Below the pieces are notes generated by a model, which did no database searches, was not told the DNA's origin, and saw only the letters and a program-made list of their open reading frames with translations. Of a stretch of DNA of 64,000 nt, positions 44,726 through 54,457 are shown in pieces. The translations under genes and the position numbers were made by a program. Positions within the stretch are counted from its first letter, which is position 1; each line of letters begins with the position of its first letter. This DNA is from a bacterium (lineage in GTDB: Bacteria; JADJOY01), in NCBI GenBank assembly GCA_046331705.1, contig JAXLQJ010000026.1:1-64000 (forward strand), read 5' to 3'.

Positions 44726-45499
44726 TCAGCGCCCCAAGCGCACGCCGCGCCGGACGATGATCGGAGATCCTTCGGCGACGAACGCAGAGCTGGGGCGCGC
44801 GGCGAGCGCCTCGGCGAGCTCGCTGCCGTAGAGCAGCGCGACGTCGCAGTCGAGCTCGGCGTCGGCGCCACGCCAGACCCGCCACTGGGGATGCTCGACG
44901 CGGTACTCGACACAGCCACCGTCGCGCTGCGCCGCGTAGCCCCAATAGTGCTCGGTGATGAACTCCTCCTCCGACCCCGCGACCGGAAGCAGCGCTGGCC
45001 CTTCCGTCGCCACGCGCAGCCGATTCCAGCGTCCGGCCACCGACCAGCCGTACTCGACGTCGAGTGGCGCGCCCTCCCGAGCAGGCACGCTGATGCGATG
45101 CCGCATCGGCAGCGACTGGTAGTTCTCGTTGTAGAGGAGGCGCGCCGTCGTCGCGATCGCCCAGCGCGGCACCAGCTCCTTGACGAAGACCACCCCGCGA
45201 CGATCGCCGTCGGGAGCTCCCCGCCGTCGCACGTAGAAGCGTAGGTTCACTTCCTCGAAGTCGCGGTGGAACGGGATCCCCACGCCGAGCACGCGCGTGT
45301 CGAGGAACAGGAAGCCGACCATGCTCACGAAGCAGCGGCCGTCCCAGGTGTCGATCTCGGTGCCGCGTGGCGCACGGGCGCGGAGCAAGCCCGGGTCCAC
45401 CTCGTAATTGAGCATCGCGAGCCGCTCCCAGCGGGCCCGAAGGAAAACGCCCGGGAGCGCGGCGGCGGGCGGTCCGCCCGCGGACGACGAGTCGATCAT
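44726..45499 (-). CDS. DUF2071 (YqjF-like) protein
   Basis: LAMLNYEVDP, FEEVNLRFYV, FITEHYWGY and YRVEHPQW motifs. Confidence 0.85.
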   Translation of the reverse strand: MIDSSSAGGPPAAALPGVFLRARWERLAMLNYEVDPGLLRARAPRGTEIDTWDGRCFVSMVGFLFLDTRVLGVGIPFHRDFEEVNLRFYVRRRGAPDGDRRGVVFVKELVPRWAIATTARLLYNENYQSLPMRHRISVPAREGAPLDVEYGWSVAGRWNRLRVATEGPALLPVAGSEEEFITEHYWGYAAQRDGGCVEYRVEHPQWRVWRGADAELDCDVALLYGSELAEALAARPSSAFVAEGSPIIVRRGVRLGR

Positions 45500-45648
45500 G
45501 CGCCCCTCCAGCCTGCGATCGCGAGACACTCCCGGCGACGCAGGGTAAGCTCGAAACGAGTGTGCCGGTGGGGATCGCTCCTCGCGGGCCTCACCTGTCG
45601 CCGTGTGCTCGGCCGATCGAACGGACGCGCACGCGAGGAGATCGAATC

Positions 45649-46800
45649 ATGCCCAAGGGAGTCGTGGCCGTCGTCAAGACGCGACCCGAAGCGGTGCTCG
45701 AGGACACGCAAAAGGTGATGGAGCTCGGCGGCTACCGCCAGGCGCTCAAGCCGGACGCCACCACGATCCTCAAGGACAACATCTCGTGGCATTTCCCGTT
45801 CCCCGGCGCGAACACCACGCCGTGGCAGCTCGAAGGGACCATCCAGGCGCTGCGCGCCGCCGGCTATCGCGATCTCACCTGCGTCCAGAACAAGACCGTG
45901 GTCACGGACGCCTTCAAGGGTGAGGATCTCAACAAGTACGTCCCCATCTTCCGCAAATACGACATTCCCGTCCTCTTCAACTTCAAGGAAGAGGACATGA
46001 AGTGGGTGGTGGTGAAACCCGAGAAGGAAACGCGGGTGCTGCACCGCATCTACCCCGATGGCATTCGCATCCCCGATTACTTCTTCGGCAAGAACATCGT
46101 CCACCTGCCGACGGTCAAGTGCCACATCTACACCGAGACCACCGGCGCGATGAAGAACGCGTTCGGCGGGCTGCTGCACAACCACCGCCACTACACCCAT
46201 TCCTGGATCCACAAGACCCTGGTCGACCTGCTGGCCATCCAGCAGCAGATCCACGCCGGTCTGTTCGCGGTCATGGATGGGACCACGTGCGGCAATGGCC
46301 CTGGACCGCGTACGATGATCCCCGTGATCAAGGATTACATCCTGGCGTCCGAAGACCAGGTAGCGATCGACGCGGTCGCGGCCAAGATGATGGGCTTCGA
46401 CCCGATGAAGCTCGAGTACATCCGGCTCGCCCACGAGGCGGGGCTGGGGGTGGGCAAGATCGACGAGATCGAGGTGGTGGGCGCGGACATCTCGAAGGAG
46501 AGCTGGGGCTTCGTCGTGGGCGACAACGGCGCCAGCTTGATCGGCGACCTCATGTGGTTCGGCCCGCTCAAGTGGGCGCAGAAGCTCTTCTTCCACACTC
46601 CGCTGGTGTGGGCGTTCGTGTTCGGCAGCGAGGCCTACCACGACTACTACCGCTGGCCGATGAAGGACAAGAAGACCTTCGAGAAATGGTGTCGAGAGAC
46701 CCACTGGGGCCAGCTGTGGACGCGTTACCCGGACAAGCCCGGGGCGCAGCCGGTCCCCGCTCTCACCGCAGCCCCAGCCGACGGCACTTCCCAAGCGTGA
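45649..46800 (+). CDS. DUF362 domain protein
   Basis: ILKDNISW, HLPTVKCH, TGAMKNAFG, MDG and DQVAIDAV motifs. GAGGAG RBS. Confidence 0.85.
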   Translation: MPKGVVAVVKTRPEAVLEDTQKVMELGGYRQALKPDATTILKDNISWHFPFPGANTTPWQLEGTIQALRAAGYRDLTCVQNKTVVTDAFKGEDLNKYVPIFRKYDIPVLFNFKEEDMKWVVVKPEKETRVLHRIYPDGIRIPDYFFGKNIVHLPTVKCHIYTETTGAMKNAFGGLLHNHRHYTHSWIHKTLVDLLAIQQQIHAGLFAVMDGTTCGNGPGPRTMIPVIKDYILASEDQVAIDAVAAKMMGFDPMKLEYIRLAHEAGLGVGKIDEIEVVGADISKESWGFVVGDNGASLIGDLMWFGPLKWAQKLFFHTPLVWAFVFGSEAYHDYYRWPMKDKKTFEKWCRETHWGQLWTRYPDKPGAQPVPALTAAPADGTSQA

Positions 46801-46930
46801 TCGTCCCCCGTCACCCCGCGACGCAGACGAGCAGCTCACGCTCGATCCTGGGTCGCTCGCATCGACGTTCCCTTCGATCCCAAGACTGCCGGCGGTCGAG
46901 AACCGCCCGCGGCATCAGCGAGGAGCCACC

Positions 46931-47290
46931 ATGGAGATTCCGCTTCAGATCACGTTCCACGAGATCGACAGCTCCGCCGCCATCGAAGGCGTGGTGCACG
47001 AGCGCACGCAGAAGCTCGCCCACTTCTACGATCGGATCCAGAACTGCCGCGTGGTGATCGAAGCGCCCAATCGGCATTCGCACAAGGAGCGCAAGGTCTT
47101 CCAGGTCCGCATCGACGTCACGGTCCCCGGCCAGGAGCTGGTGGTCAGCCACGAGCCCGGCGAGCACCAAGCGCACCAGGACATTCACGTCGCGATCCGC
47201 GATGCGTTCGGCGCGATGGAGCGCCAGGTCAAGGCGTATGCCCAGAAGCGACAGCGCGGCGCGGCGAAGGGCCAAGAGCTCGCCGTCTGA
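46931..47290 (+). CDS. hpf: Ribosome hibernation factor HPF/RaiA family
   Basis: PLQITF, CRVVIEAP, VRIDVTVPG and AIRDAF..MERQ motifs. GAGGAG RBS. Confidence 0.85.
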   Translation: MEIPLQITFHEIDSSAAIEGVVHERTQKLAHFYDRIQNCRVVIEAPNRHSHKERKVFQVRIDVTVPGQELVVSHEPGEHQAHQDIHVAIRDAFGAMERQVKAYAQKRQRGAAKGQELAV

Positions 47291-47336
47291 ACGTGATCCC
47301 GTGCTGGCGCGCACGCCGCGCCCGCAGGCCTCGCAC

Positions 47337-48431
47337 GTGACCACCGCCCCCGAGCCTCGCCGCCAGAGCGAGCGCGTTTCGTTCCTGGTGTTCCTGGCGG
47401 CGCTGCTCGTCTTCTTCGCGTACATGATGCGGGCGTTCTGGGTGCCCGCCGGCCTCGCCGCCGTGACCGTGGTGCTGTGCTCGCCGGTCTATGCGTGGAT
47501 GCTGGCGCGCTGCCGAGGACGCGCCTATCTGGCGGCCGGGCTCTCGGTGCTGGCGCTCGCGACGTTCGTGCTGTTGCCGCTCGGTGGCCTGGTGAGCGTG
47601 ATCCTCACGCAGGTGATCCGCTTCTCCCAGGGCATCGTCGAGCAGCTTCAAGGCGGACAGCTCTCGGCAGCCGTCGACGCCGTGACCGCGTGGGTTTCGG
47701 GAGTGGTGCAGCGCCTCGATGCGCTGGTGCCGGGAGACCTCACCGGCTTCGACGCCAGCCGCATCGACCTCAAGGGGCCGCTGGTCTCGGCCGGTAGCCA
47801 GATCGGCGCGACGCTCGCGCGCTTCGCGCCCCAAGCCATCGCGTCCACCGCCAACGTGGGCCTGGCCGTGGCGATCTGGCTCTTGTTCGTGTTCGTGCTC
47901 TTCGCGGAAGGAAAGCGGCTCTTCGAGTTCGCGATGGTGATCTCGCCGCTCGCGTCGGCGCACGAGCTCGCCATCGCCCAGGAAGTGCGCGAGATGATCG
48001 TCGCGAACTTCGTGGCGATCGCCGCCACCGCAGCGCTCAACGGCGTGCTCTTGGGGGCGTTGTTCTGGGCCTCGCCCCTCGAGCCGGCGGCGCTCTGGGC
48101 GCTGGTCGCGTTCGGGATGTCGTTCGTGCCGGCGCTCGGCGCTGCTGCCGTGTGGATCACCGGTGCGCTCTACCTGCTCGCCACCGGGCATTCGGGATGG
48201 GCGCTCGCGATCACGATCTTCGGCCTGGTGGTCGTGGCCCAGACCGACAACGTCGTGAAGCCGCTGCTCATGCGGGGACGCGTCAACATCCACCCGCTGC
48301 TGCTGATGCTCTCCTTGCTCGGCGGCGCCACGGCGATGGGCCCCGCCGGGCTGGTGTTCGGCCCGGTGTTCGTGGCGGTGCTGCAGGCCGCGCTGCGAAT
48401 CTACAAGCGCGAGTTCGCGACTCCCATCTGA
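47337..48431 (+). CDS. AI-2E family (PerM-like) transporter
   Basis: Multiple TMs, DNVVKPLL, HPLLLMLSLLGG and GLVFGP motifs. Confidence 0.9.
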   Translation: MTTAPEPRRQSERVSFLVFLAALLVFFAYMMRAFWVPAGLAAVTVVLCSPVYAWMLARCRGRAYLAAGLSVLALATFVLLPLGGLVSVILTQVIRFSQGIVEQLQGGQLSAAVDAVTAWVSGVVQRLDALVPGDLTGFDASRIDLKGPLVSAGSQIGATLARFAPQAIASTANVGLAVAIWLLFVFVLFAEGKRLFEFAMVISPLASAHELAIAQEVREMIVANFVAIAATAALNGVLLGALFWASPLEPAALWALVAFGMSFVPALGAAAVWITGALYLLATGHSGWALAITIFGLVVVAQTDNVVKPLLMRGRVNIHPLLLMLSLLGGATAMGPAGLVFGPVFVAVLQAALRIYKREFATPI

Positions 48432-48481
48432 CGCCAGCCCCGGCGACCGCCGCTCGATCTCGGCTCCCCGAGGCTCTCGCG

Positions 48482-48517
48482 CGACGTCCCCGCGCGAACG
48501 CTCGCGCGGGGACGTCG
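48482..48517. terminator. Hairpin between convergent AI-2E and YceI genes
   Basis: CGACGTCCCCGCGCGA-ACGC-TCGCGCGGGGACGTCG, a perfect 16-bp stem. Confidence 0.7.
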
Positions 48518-48541
48518 AGAACCACCCGGCAGGGTCCCGGC

Positions 48542-49105
48542 TCAGCTCACGACGAAGTCCCACACGATCTTGAGCTCGTCCTTGACCTTGATCACGCCGA
48601 GCGGCGCCTTGTACGGCTTGATGCCGAAGCGCGTCTGCTGGATCGCCACCTCACCGTGCACGCGCACACCGTTCGCCGCGGGCTCGAAGCTCACCGGCAG
48701 GTCCACCGCCTGCGTCTGGCCGTGCAGCGTGAGCTGCCCGTTGACCGTCGCCGTGCCCTTCCCACCCGCGCTCTTCACGTTCGACACGCCGGTGGACTTG
48801 TAGGTGATCGAGGGGAACTTCGCCCACTGGATCACGTCCTTCTCGATGTTGCCCCGAATCTCGTTCTTGTCCTTGTCGGTCAGATCACCGGGGCCCACGA
48901 TCGTGAGCGATTTCGGGTCCAGCTCGACCTCGACGGATCCAGCCGGCGGCTCGACCGAATCGAGCTGGACCTTCGCCGACCATTGCTTCACGTCGATGAC
49001 CAGGTCGTGCCCCATCTTGCTCAGCAGCCCTTCCTTGAACGTCTTCACGGTGACGGTGCCGTTGGCCGGCCCCACGGTCTTGGAACCTGCACTGATCGAG
49101 CTCAT
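48542..49105 (-). CDS. YceI-family lipid/polyisoprenoid-binding protein
   Basis: GLLSKMGHD, FPSITYKST, GQLTLHGQT, QTRFGIKP and KVKDE motifs. Confidence 0.88.
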   Translation of the reverse strand: MSSISAGSKTVGPANGTVTVKTFKEGLLSKMGHDLVIDVKQWSAKVQLDSVEPPAGSVEVELDPKSLTIVGPGDLTDKDKNEIRGNIEKDVIQWAKFPSITYKSTGVSNVKSAGGKGTATVNGQLTLHGQTQAVDLPVSFEPAANGVRVHGEVAIQQTRFGIKPYKAPLGVIKVKDELKIVWDFVVS

Positions 49106-49322
49106 CGTTCGCCCTCGCCCTGAGTGGAAACCGCAGAATGTGAAGCGATCGGACGCAATCGCGCGACCGATCCACGGAGAAGGGGAAGGCTAGCCAGGCG
49201 CGCAATGCGCGCCAAGCGACGCGAAGGACCGGCGCACCGAGAGGCGCGAATGCTTCGGCGATGACCGGTCGCCCCTCTCGCTGACGACCCGCGAGGTGCT
49301 AGGCCTTCGCCTTACCCCGCCC

Positions 49323-49988
49323 TCACACCTTCGGCGCGGCTGACGGTGCGGGATCCCCCTCGCCCACGACGACGACCTCCACGATCGCGAGCGTCTGCCC
49401 GGTTTCCGTCCAGAGGACGCGAGTCCAGTACTTCCCCGCAGAAACCACGTTGCCGCGCGTTCGTCCACCATCGACGATTCCGTGAAGATGCAACTCGCCG
49501 GACGCCGCATCGAAGTGAGGCTCGATCCTGAGACTCATCACGGCCTGTTCGTCGCGAGATCCTTCGACGAGCACCCGCATCTGCTCGACCTCGATCTTCT
49601 TTGCGGCACTCTCGTCACGTTCCAAGATCTCCTGAATCTCGAAGGGCAACGGAAGCTCCACGCATCCGAACGTCCCCTCGGCGCGTGCTTCGGGACGAAA
49701 GGGCATCTGGAGCCGCCGAACCCAATCTTTGGTCGGGCGAGCGCCTTTGCCGGCAACCCCACGAAAGAACGTCCCGAAGTCGTCGAGCACGCCACGCGAC
49801 ATGTCGACGTAGTCCGCAACCCAGCCCACGGGATTGAACACGTCCCCCGTGGCGAGACGATGAGAGGCCGCCGCCGCGTAATCGATCCAGCGGCCTGCGA
49901 CCTCCTCGCCCAGATGAATCCACGCGTGCAACGTTCGACCGACCGATGTCTCGCTGCACTCGATCTGCTCGGGCTTCTGCTTGTCCAT
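49323..49988 (-). CDS. Hypothetical protein (amphipathic helical N-terminus, beta-rich C-terminus)
   Basis: Last of five co-oriented ORFs, GAGGT before ATG, and similar to the 56694 protein. Confidence 0.65.
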   Translation of the reverse strand: MDKQKPEQIECSETSVGRTLHAWIHLGEEVAGRWIDYAAAASHRLATGDVFNPVGWVADYVDMSRGVLDDFGTFFRGVAGKGARPTKDWVRRLQMPFRPEARAEGTFGCVELPLPFEIQEILERDESAAKKIEVEQMRVLVEGSRDEQAVMSLRIEPHFDAASGELHLHGIVDGGRTRGNVVSAGKYWTRVLWTETGQTLAIVEVVVVGEGDPAPSAAPKV

Positions 49989-50049
49989 GAAGTACCTCGG
50001 TTGTTTCGCTCGATCCAATCGATGCTGCGCCCGCGGGCGCAGCAGTCAA

Positions 50050-50373
50050 TCACGCCTTGCGCGTCCGTCTTGCACGCTTGGATGAACGTGGCTCATCTGC
50101 CTGTGACGAGAGGTCGCGACCGACGACGACGCCGAGCTCGATGACGGCCAGCTTCGCCCTGTCGGCCAACAGCGTTCGCCACGTCTCTACCACTCGACGC
50201 ATCGTGAGTGTCCCGCGCTGCGCCTCGGTCACCATATCTCCGATGCGCTGCTCGTAGATCTGAAGCGCGACACCCTCGATCGCGAGCACGCGCTCGGCGC
50301 GACGCGCACACTCGCTCAGGTATTGGGTGCGGCGCGCACGCCGTGAAGCATCGCTCGAGGTGGCGCTACCCAT
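50050..50373 (-). CDS. Small helical hypothetical protein
   Basis: ATG overlaps the upstream stop by 8 nt and the ORF fits the operon. Confidence 0.55.
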   Translation of the reverse strand: MGSATSSDASRRARRTQYLSECARRAERVLAIEGVALQIYEQRIGDMVTEAQRGTLTMRRVVETWRTLLADRAKLAVIELGVVVGRDLSSQADEPRSSKRARRTRKA

Positions 50374-51445
50374 GACGCAACATCTCCTCGATCGAAACGG
50401 GCGAGAGGAAAGACACCATCTTCTCCTCGGACTTGAGCGTCAACACGGCCGGCGTGAGGAGATTCAGCTCCGCGGCACTGAACCAAACGGTCTTCGAGAT
50501 CAGGTAGCGCAACCAGCCAGGTCGCGAAGGAGGCCGGTCGATCAGGATGAACCCGTCATCCCGAACCAGCGCGCCGTTCTTCTCGAACGCCAAGCGATAG
50601 TCGAGCCGCCCAGAGCTCTCGTCCCGCGTGATATCGACGTCCAGAAACGTCTCGAATCGGGCCAGCTCGACCGTGTTCCAGTTCAGGACGAAGGTCTCGA
50701 GAATTCGCCCCGACCACGGCGCGCCGAGCTTGGGCTCGTCCCTTCCACTTCGACTCTGCACTTCGACATGCTCGAAGAAGACGCTCCGAAGCGGCCAGGT
50801 CCGCGGATCGAGCGCCGTCAGAACGTCGTGCGGTGGGTCCGGTACCCATGCTTCCTTGATCGCGATGATTGCGCCTGGAGCGATGGAAATCTGGGTGGGC
50901 ATCACCTCGGCAAACGCTGCACTTCGGCGTCCCCGAACCGGTGCATCCCAGCTCAGCGGCACGAGACGAGCCGTCGCCCGCGTGGCTTCGGACGCCCACT
51001 CGGGCCAGTCGCTGACCGCATCGTTCACACCTTGCGCCGACGTCATTCTCGGGATCGCAGAGCCCCGCGACACACGACGCCCCACCATACCCACCTGAGC
51101 GCTGAGATTCGTCCACTTCTCACGAGCTGCGGCGGTGGGCCGGTATCCCACGTTCTCCAGACGCCGCAGACTCCGCCGGGTGACGTCGTCCAGATACCAC
51201 TTCGCATCGCGAACCCCTTTGGGGACCGGATGAGATCCTTCGGCCGCGATTCGGTTCTGCAGACCACGCTGGAGCTTCCCTAGAATACCCACGGCATGAT
51301 CACCCCTGATCGGCACGTGGCTGCGTATGAGCGGGTGCTCCATGCAACCGAACGTTCCGTAGAGGCATCCGGCCCACACAGCCGCGCGTGTGAAATTCTC
51401 CGTTCTGGGCCAATCACGATCCCAACTCGGCACAGGCGAGCGCAT
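50366..51445 (-). CDS. Hypothetical protein with START/SRPBCC-like C-terminal domain
   Basis: GAGGAG before ATG at 51445. The C-half runs strand, helix with LDPRTW, several strands, then a terminal helix. Confidence 0.55.
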   Translation of the reverse strand: MRSPVPSWDRDWPRTENFTRAAVWAGCLYGTFGCMEHPLIRSHVPIRGDHAVGILGKLQRGLQNRIAAEGSHPVPKGVRDAKWYLDDVTRRSLRRLENVGYRPTAAAREKWTNLSAQVGMVGRRVSRGSAIPRMTSAQGVNDAVSDWPEWASEATRATARLVPLSWDAPVRGRRSAAFAEVMPTQISIAPGAIIAIKEAWVPDPPHDVLTALDPRTWPLRSVFFEHVEVQSRSGRDEPKLGAPWSGRILETFVLNWNTVELARFETFLDVDITRDESSGRLDYRLAFEKNGALVRDDGFILIDRPPSRPGWLRYLISKTVWFSAAELNLLTPAVLTLKSEEKMVSFLSPVSIEEMLRHG

Positions 51446-51480
51446 GCGACGATGCTCCTCGAGAGGCGGCGGGTCGATCC

Positions 51481-52464
51481 TCAGCGTGTCGCAGCCTGAT
51501 ACCCGGTCACGAGCGCCAAGGTCTCGGCGTGGGTGGTGTACGCAAGCACCCCACGACCAAACGACTTCGAACGCGGCGACACGAACTCCACCTGGCGCAG
51601 GTGGCGCACACGGCTGATGCGCGGACGCGCAACCGCCTTCGCCACGTCGATGAAACCCGACAGCTTTCCGAACACACCATTCGGTTGCAGCAATGCGTAC
51701 CCGATGCGCAGGCTGCCCATGGATCTCGTAGATCTGACGCCGAGCTCGGACTCGCACCACTCCACACCCGGAATGTTCATCGACGTGTGCACGCCCAGCG
51801 ACTCGGCGTCGAGTCGCTTGCACCTCGAAGAATCGAAGTTCCAGAACAGTCGCAGGCGTTCAAGCCGCGCGAGATCGTCGCCCTTCAGCTCGCCGTCGCC
51901 GAGCCCCAAGAGCGTCTGCAGCTCGGGGAACGATTTGTTCACGAGAAGCTCGACCGCTACGGCAAGCGACGCATCTTCCTCGTGGGCGACCACTCGCGAG
52001 TCGAGCACGTCCTGGAAACTTCCGGTGCGTGGCACGGAACCGGCTCCCTCGTCACCAGCCTCCTGTGCGACGTCGGCAAGCGTTCGATATGGGAACTTGA
52101 CCGTTTCACGGGTTAGATATTCGACGTCTCCGGCTTCGAGGGCGCTGACGTCCGCGACACCGCCAGCGAGTCGAAAGAGCGCGAGCTCGCGCATAGCCGG
52201 TACGACGAGCAGCTTCTCGATCTTGTTGCTTCTCAGCGTGCCGAGAATCTTCGGCACACCGAGCAATTTCTCGGCATCGTCCGGCGACGGCTCGAGATCC
52301 GAACGCCCGAGGCAGTAGGCGCTCCACAGGACGCGCTGCAGATCCTCGTACAGCTCGTCGTCCGGGCGTCTCGTTGGCACGTTACTCGCCGGCAGCGTCG
52401 GAGGTATCGGAAAGGCAGAGTCGTCGCACCTTCGGCAACGACCTTCGTCGAATAGCAAATCCAT
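51481..52464 (-). CDS. Hypothetical protein with possible START-like C-terminal domain
   Basis: Fills the operon gap. Its C-half has the same strand order as the neighbour (IGYALL / LDYRLA, SGFIDV / DGFILI). Confidence 0.55.
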   Translation of the reverse strand: MDLLFDEGRCRRCDDSAFPIPPTLPASNVPTRRPDDELYEDLQRVLWSAYCLGRSDLEPSPDDAEKLLGVPKILGTLRSNKIEKLLVVPAMRELALFRLAGGVADVSALEAGDVEYLTRETVKFPYRTLADVAQEAGDEGAGSVPRTGSFQDVLDSRVVAHEEDASLAVAVELLVNKSFPELQTLLGLGDGELKGDDLARLERLRLFWNFDSSRCKRLDAESLGVHTSMNIPGVEWCESELGVRSTRSMGSLRIGYALLQPNGVFGKLSGFIDVAKAVARPRISRVRHLRQVEFVSPRSKSFGRGVLAYTTHAETLALVTGYQAATR

Positions 52465-52509
52465 GCGGCGACGTCGAGATATTTGTTTCGGCGACCGAGA
52501 GCGCCGACC

Positions 52510-53298
52510 TCACTCCCGGAACGCGCGGGGCCAGGAAAGCTGCCAAAGCATGCCGCGAATCTCGAACGCGTTGCGTTGTTCGATCGGATAGGTGCCGAGG
52601 GGCAACCCCGGAACGAACGATTCGTCGAGACTCACCCAGGCTTCGCAGGGACGCACCAGCGCGTTGCGAAACGAAAGCGTCCACCAGGACGTGACGAGCG
52701 AGCGATCCTCGCGTTGCCCCACGACCGGAAGGCGAAAGAACTCGAGGATCTCGGTGAGCGCTGGCTCGTCGAGCGCCCGCACGCGTGCCCACTCGCCCTT
52801 CGGCTGCGCAGCCGCGTGCATGCGCAGCGCACCGTCCGAGCCGCTCACCCACCAGAGCACACCCTGGCGCGCGATCTCGATCAGCTCCTTGCGAAAGCCG
52901 AAGAAGCGGTTGCCGTGCCAGACCGCCGGGAAATACCCGGATCCCATCGCGGCGACGAACGTGTGCAGGCGTGGCGAGTCGGCGACGCGAACGTAGGGCA
53001 CGGCCAGCGCCAGCTCGGCGTAGCGAATGCCCAGAGGCCACGGAACCCCGCCGTAGAGCACGGCGCCGTGCCGCTGTTCGCCGAAGAGCACGACCACGGG
53101 GTGACTCGCTGGCGGATCCTCGACCGCGGCCACCGCGAGCTCGAGGGGCTCGGGGACCAGCCGTGTGACCACTTCGCGCGACAGGGCGAGAACCGCCGCG
53201 ATACCGTGAAAAACGGCCTGGCTGGCGATGCTGACGCCAGCATCCTCGCGGGCGAGCCCACTCTCGGCGAAATCCGCACGCCTCGGTAGTGTCCCCAT
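52510..53298 (-). CDS. Acetoacetate decarboxylase-like superfamily protein
   Basis: RLVPEPLEL, YAELALAVPYV and GNRFFGFRK (compare the ADC GRExWGxPK Schiff-base Lys motif). Confidence 0.7.
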   Translation of the reverse strand: MGTLPRRADFAESGLAREDAGVSIASQAVFHGIAAVLALSREVVTRLVPEPLELAVAAVEDPPASHPVVVLFGEQRHGAVLYGGVPWPLGIRYAELALAVPYVRVADSPRLHTFVAAMGSGYFPAVWHGNRFFGFRKELIEIARQGVLWWVSGSDGALRMHAAAQPKGEWARVRALDEPALTEILEFFRLPVVGQREDRSLVTSWWTLSFRNALVRPCEAWVSLDESFVPGLPLGTYPIEQRNAFEIRGMLWQLSWPRAFRE

Positions 53299-53355
53299 GG
53301 CGGGCACGATGATAGCCTCTCGCGCCTCGGTTCGCGTGGCTCGTCACGAATCCGC

Positions 53356-54414
53356 ATGCACGCATCGACTCTCCTCGTCTACGGCGCGACGGGATACACG
53401 GGCCGCCTGCTCGTCGAGGCGGCCCGAGCGAGTGGCATCGAGCCGATCGTGGCCGCTCGGGACGAGGCGGCGCTCGAACGATTGGCCTCGGGCTGGCGGT
53501 TGCCGGCGCGCACCGTACGCCTCGACGAGCCGGTCGCGCTGCGAAGCGCGCTCACGGACGTCGACGTCGTCATTCACGCCGCGGGGCCGTTCTCGCACAC
53601 CTGGTCGCCGATGGTGGACGCGTGTCTCGCCACGCGCACGCACTACCTCGACGTGACCGGCGAGATGTCCGTCATCGAAGCGATCGCGGCGCGCGACGGC
53701 GACGCACGTCGCGCCGGCGTGATGCTGATGCCCGCCGTGGGGTTCGACGTCGTTCCCTCGGACGCCTTGGCGGCACACGTGGCGCGCCGGATGCCCGACG
53801 CAAGCCACCTGAGCATCGCGGTGTCGGGACTGGTCTCCGCTTCACGCGGATCCATGAAGACCCTCGTCGAGCAAGCAGGAGCGCCAGCCTGCACCCGCCG
53901 CGGTGGGCGACTCGCGGCTAGCCGATCCGGCGTCGCCTCGCGCCGATTCGATTTCGGCGATGGACCCCGCGATTCGGTGGCCGTGAGCTGGGGTGACGTC
54001 GCGAGCGCTTGGTACACGACCGGGATCCCCAACATCGACGTCTGCTTCGAAGCCACCGCGATCCATCGCGCGATGGTCCTCTCCAACCGCCTCTACGGGT
54101 GGGCGTTCGTCACGCCTTGGGCGCGCGCCTGGATGCAGTGGGTGAGCGATCGACTGCCGCCGGGTCCGACAGCGGAGGAGCGCGAGTGCAACGAGACGAC
54201 CATCGTGGCCATCGCCGAGAACGATCGGGGCCAGCGAGCCGAAGCCCGCTTGCACGGCCCCGAGGCCTACCGCTTCACGAGCATCGCCGCCACGGCGATC
54301 GCGCGCCGCGTGCTCGCTGGTGACTGGGCGCGCGGCTTTCACACGCCGGGACGGGCGTACGGGCCCGACTTCGTCCTGGGGCTCCCAGACGTGACGCGCG
54401 TCGACGTCGATTGA
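53356..54414 (+). CDS. Saccharopine dehydrogenase-like oxidoreductase (paralog of 5426..6505)
   Basis: VYGATGYTG, AAGPF, YLDVTGE, VGFDVVPSD and WGDVASAWYTTGIPNI motifs. Confidence 0.9.
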   Translation: MHASTLLVYGATGYTGRLLVEAARASGIEPIVAARDEAALERLASGWRLPARTVRLDEPVALRSALTDVDVVIHAAGPFSHTWSPMVDACLATRTHYLDVTGEMSVIEAIAARDGDARRAGVMLMPAVGFDVVPSDALAAHVARRMPDASHLSIAVSGLVSASRGSMKTLVEQAGAPACTRRGGRLAASRSGVASRRFDFGDGPRDSVAVSWGDVASAWYTTGIPNIDVCFEATAIHRAMVLSNRLYGWAFVTPWARAWMQWVSDRLPPGPTAEERECNETTIVAIAENDRGQRAEARLHGPEAYRFTSIAATAIARRVLAGDWARGFHTPGRAYGPDFVLGLPDVTRVDVD

Positions 54415-54457
54415 GCCTGCCCTCGATTCACGCACACCGAGCCACCTCCGACCCGCC

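Noticed and set aside
41948-45499. Integron-like cassette array of small accessory genes (also 7934-9680)
   Set aside because: The gene families are cassette-like, but no attC-type imperfect palindromes or integrase were seen.
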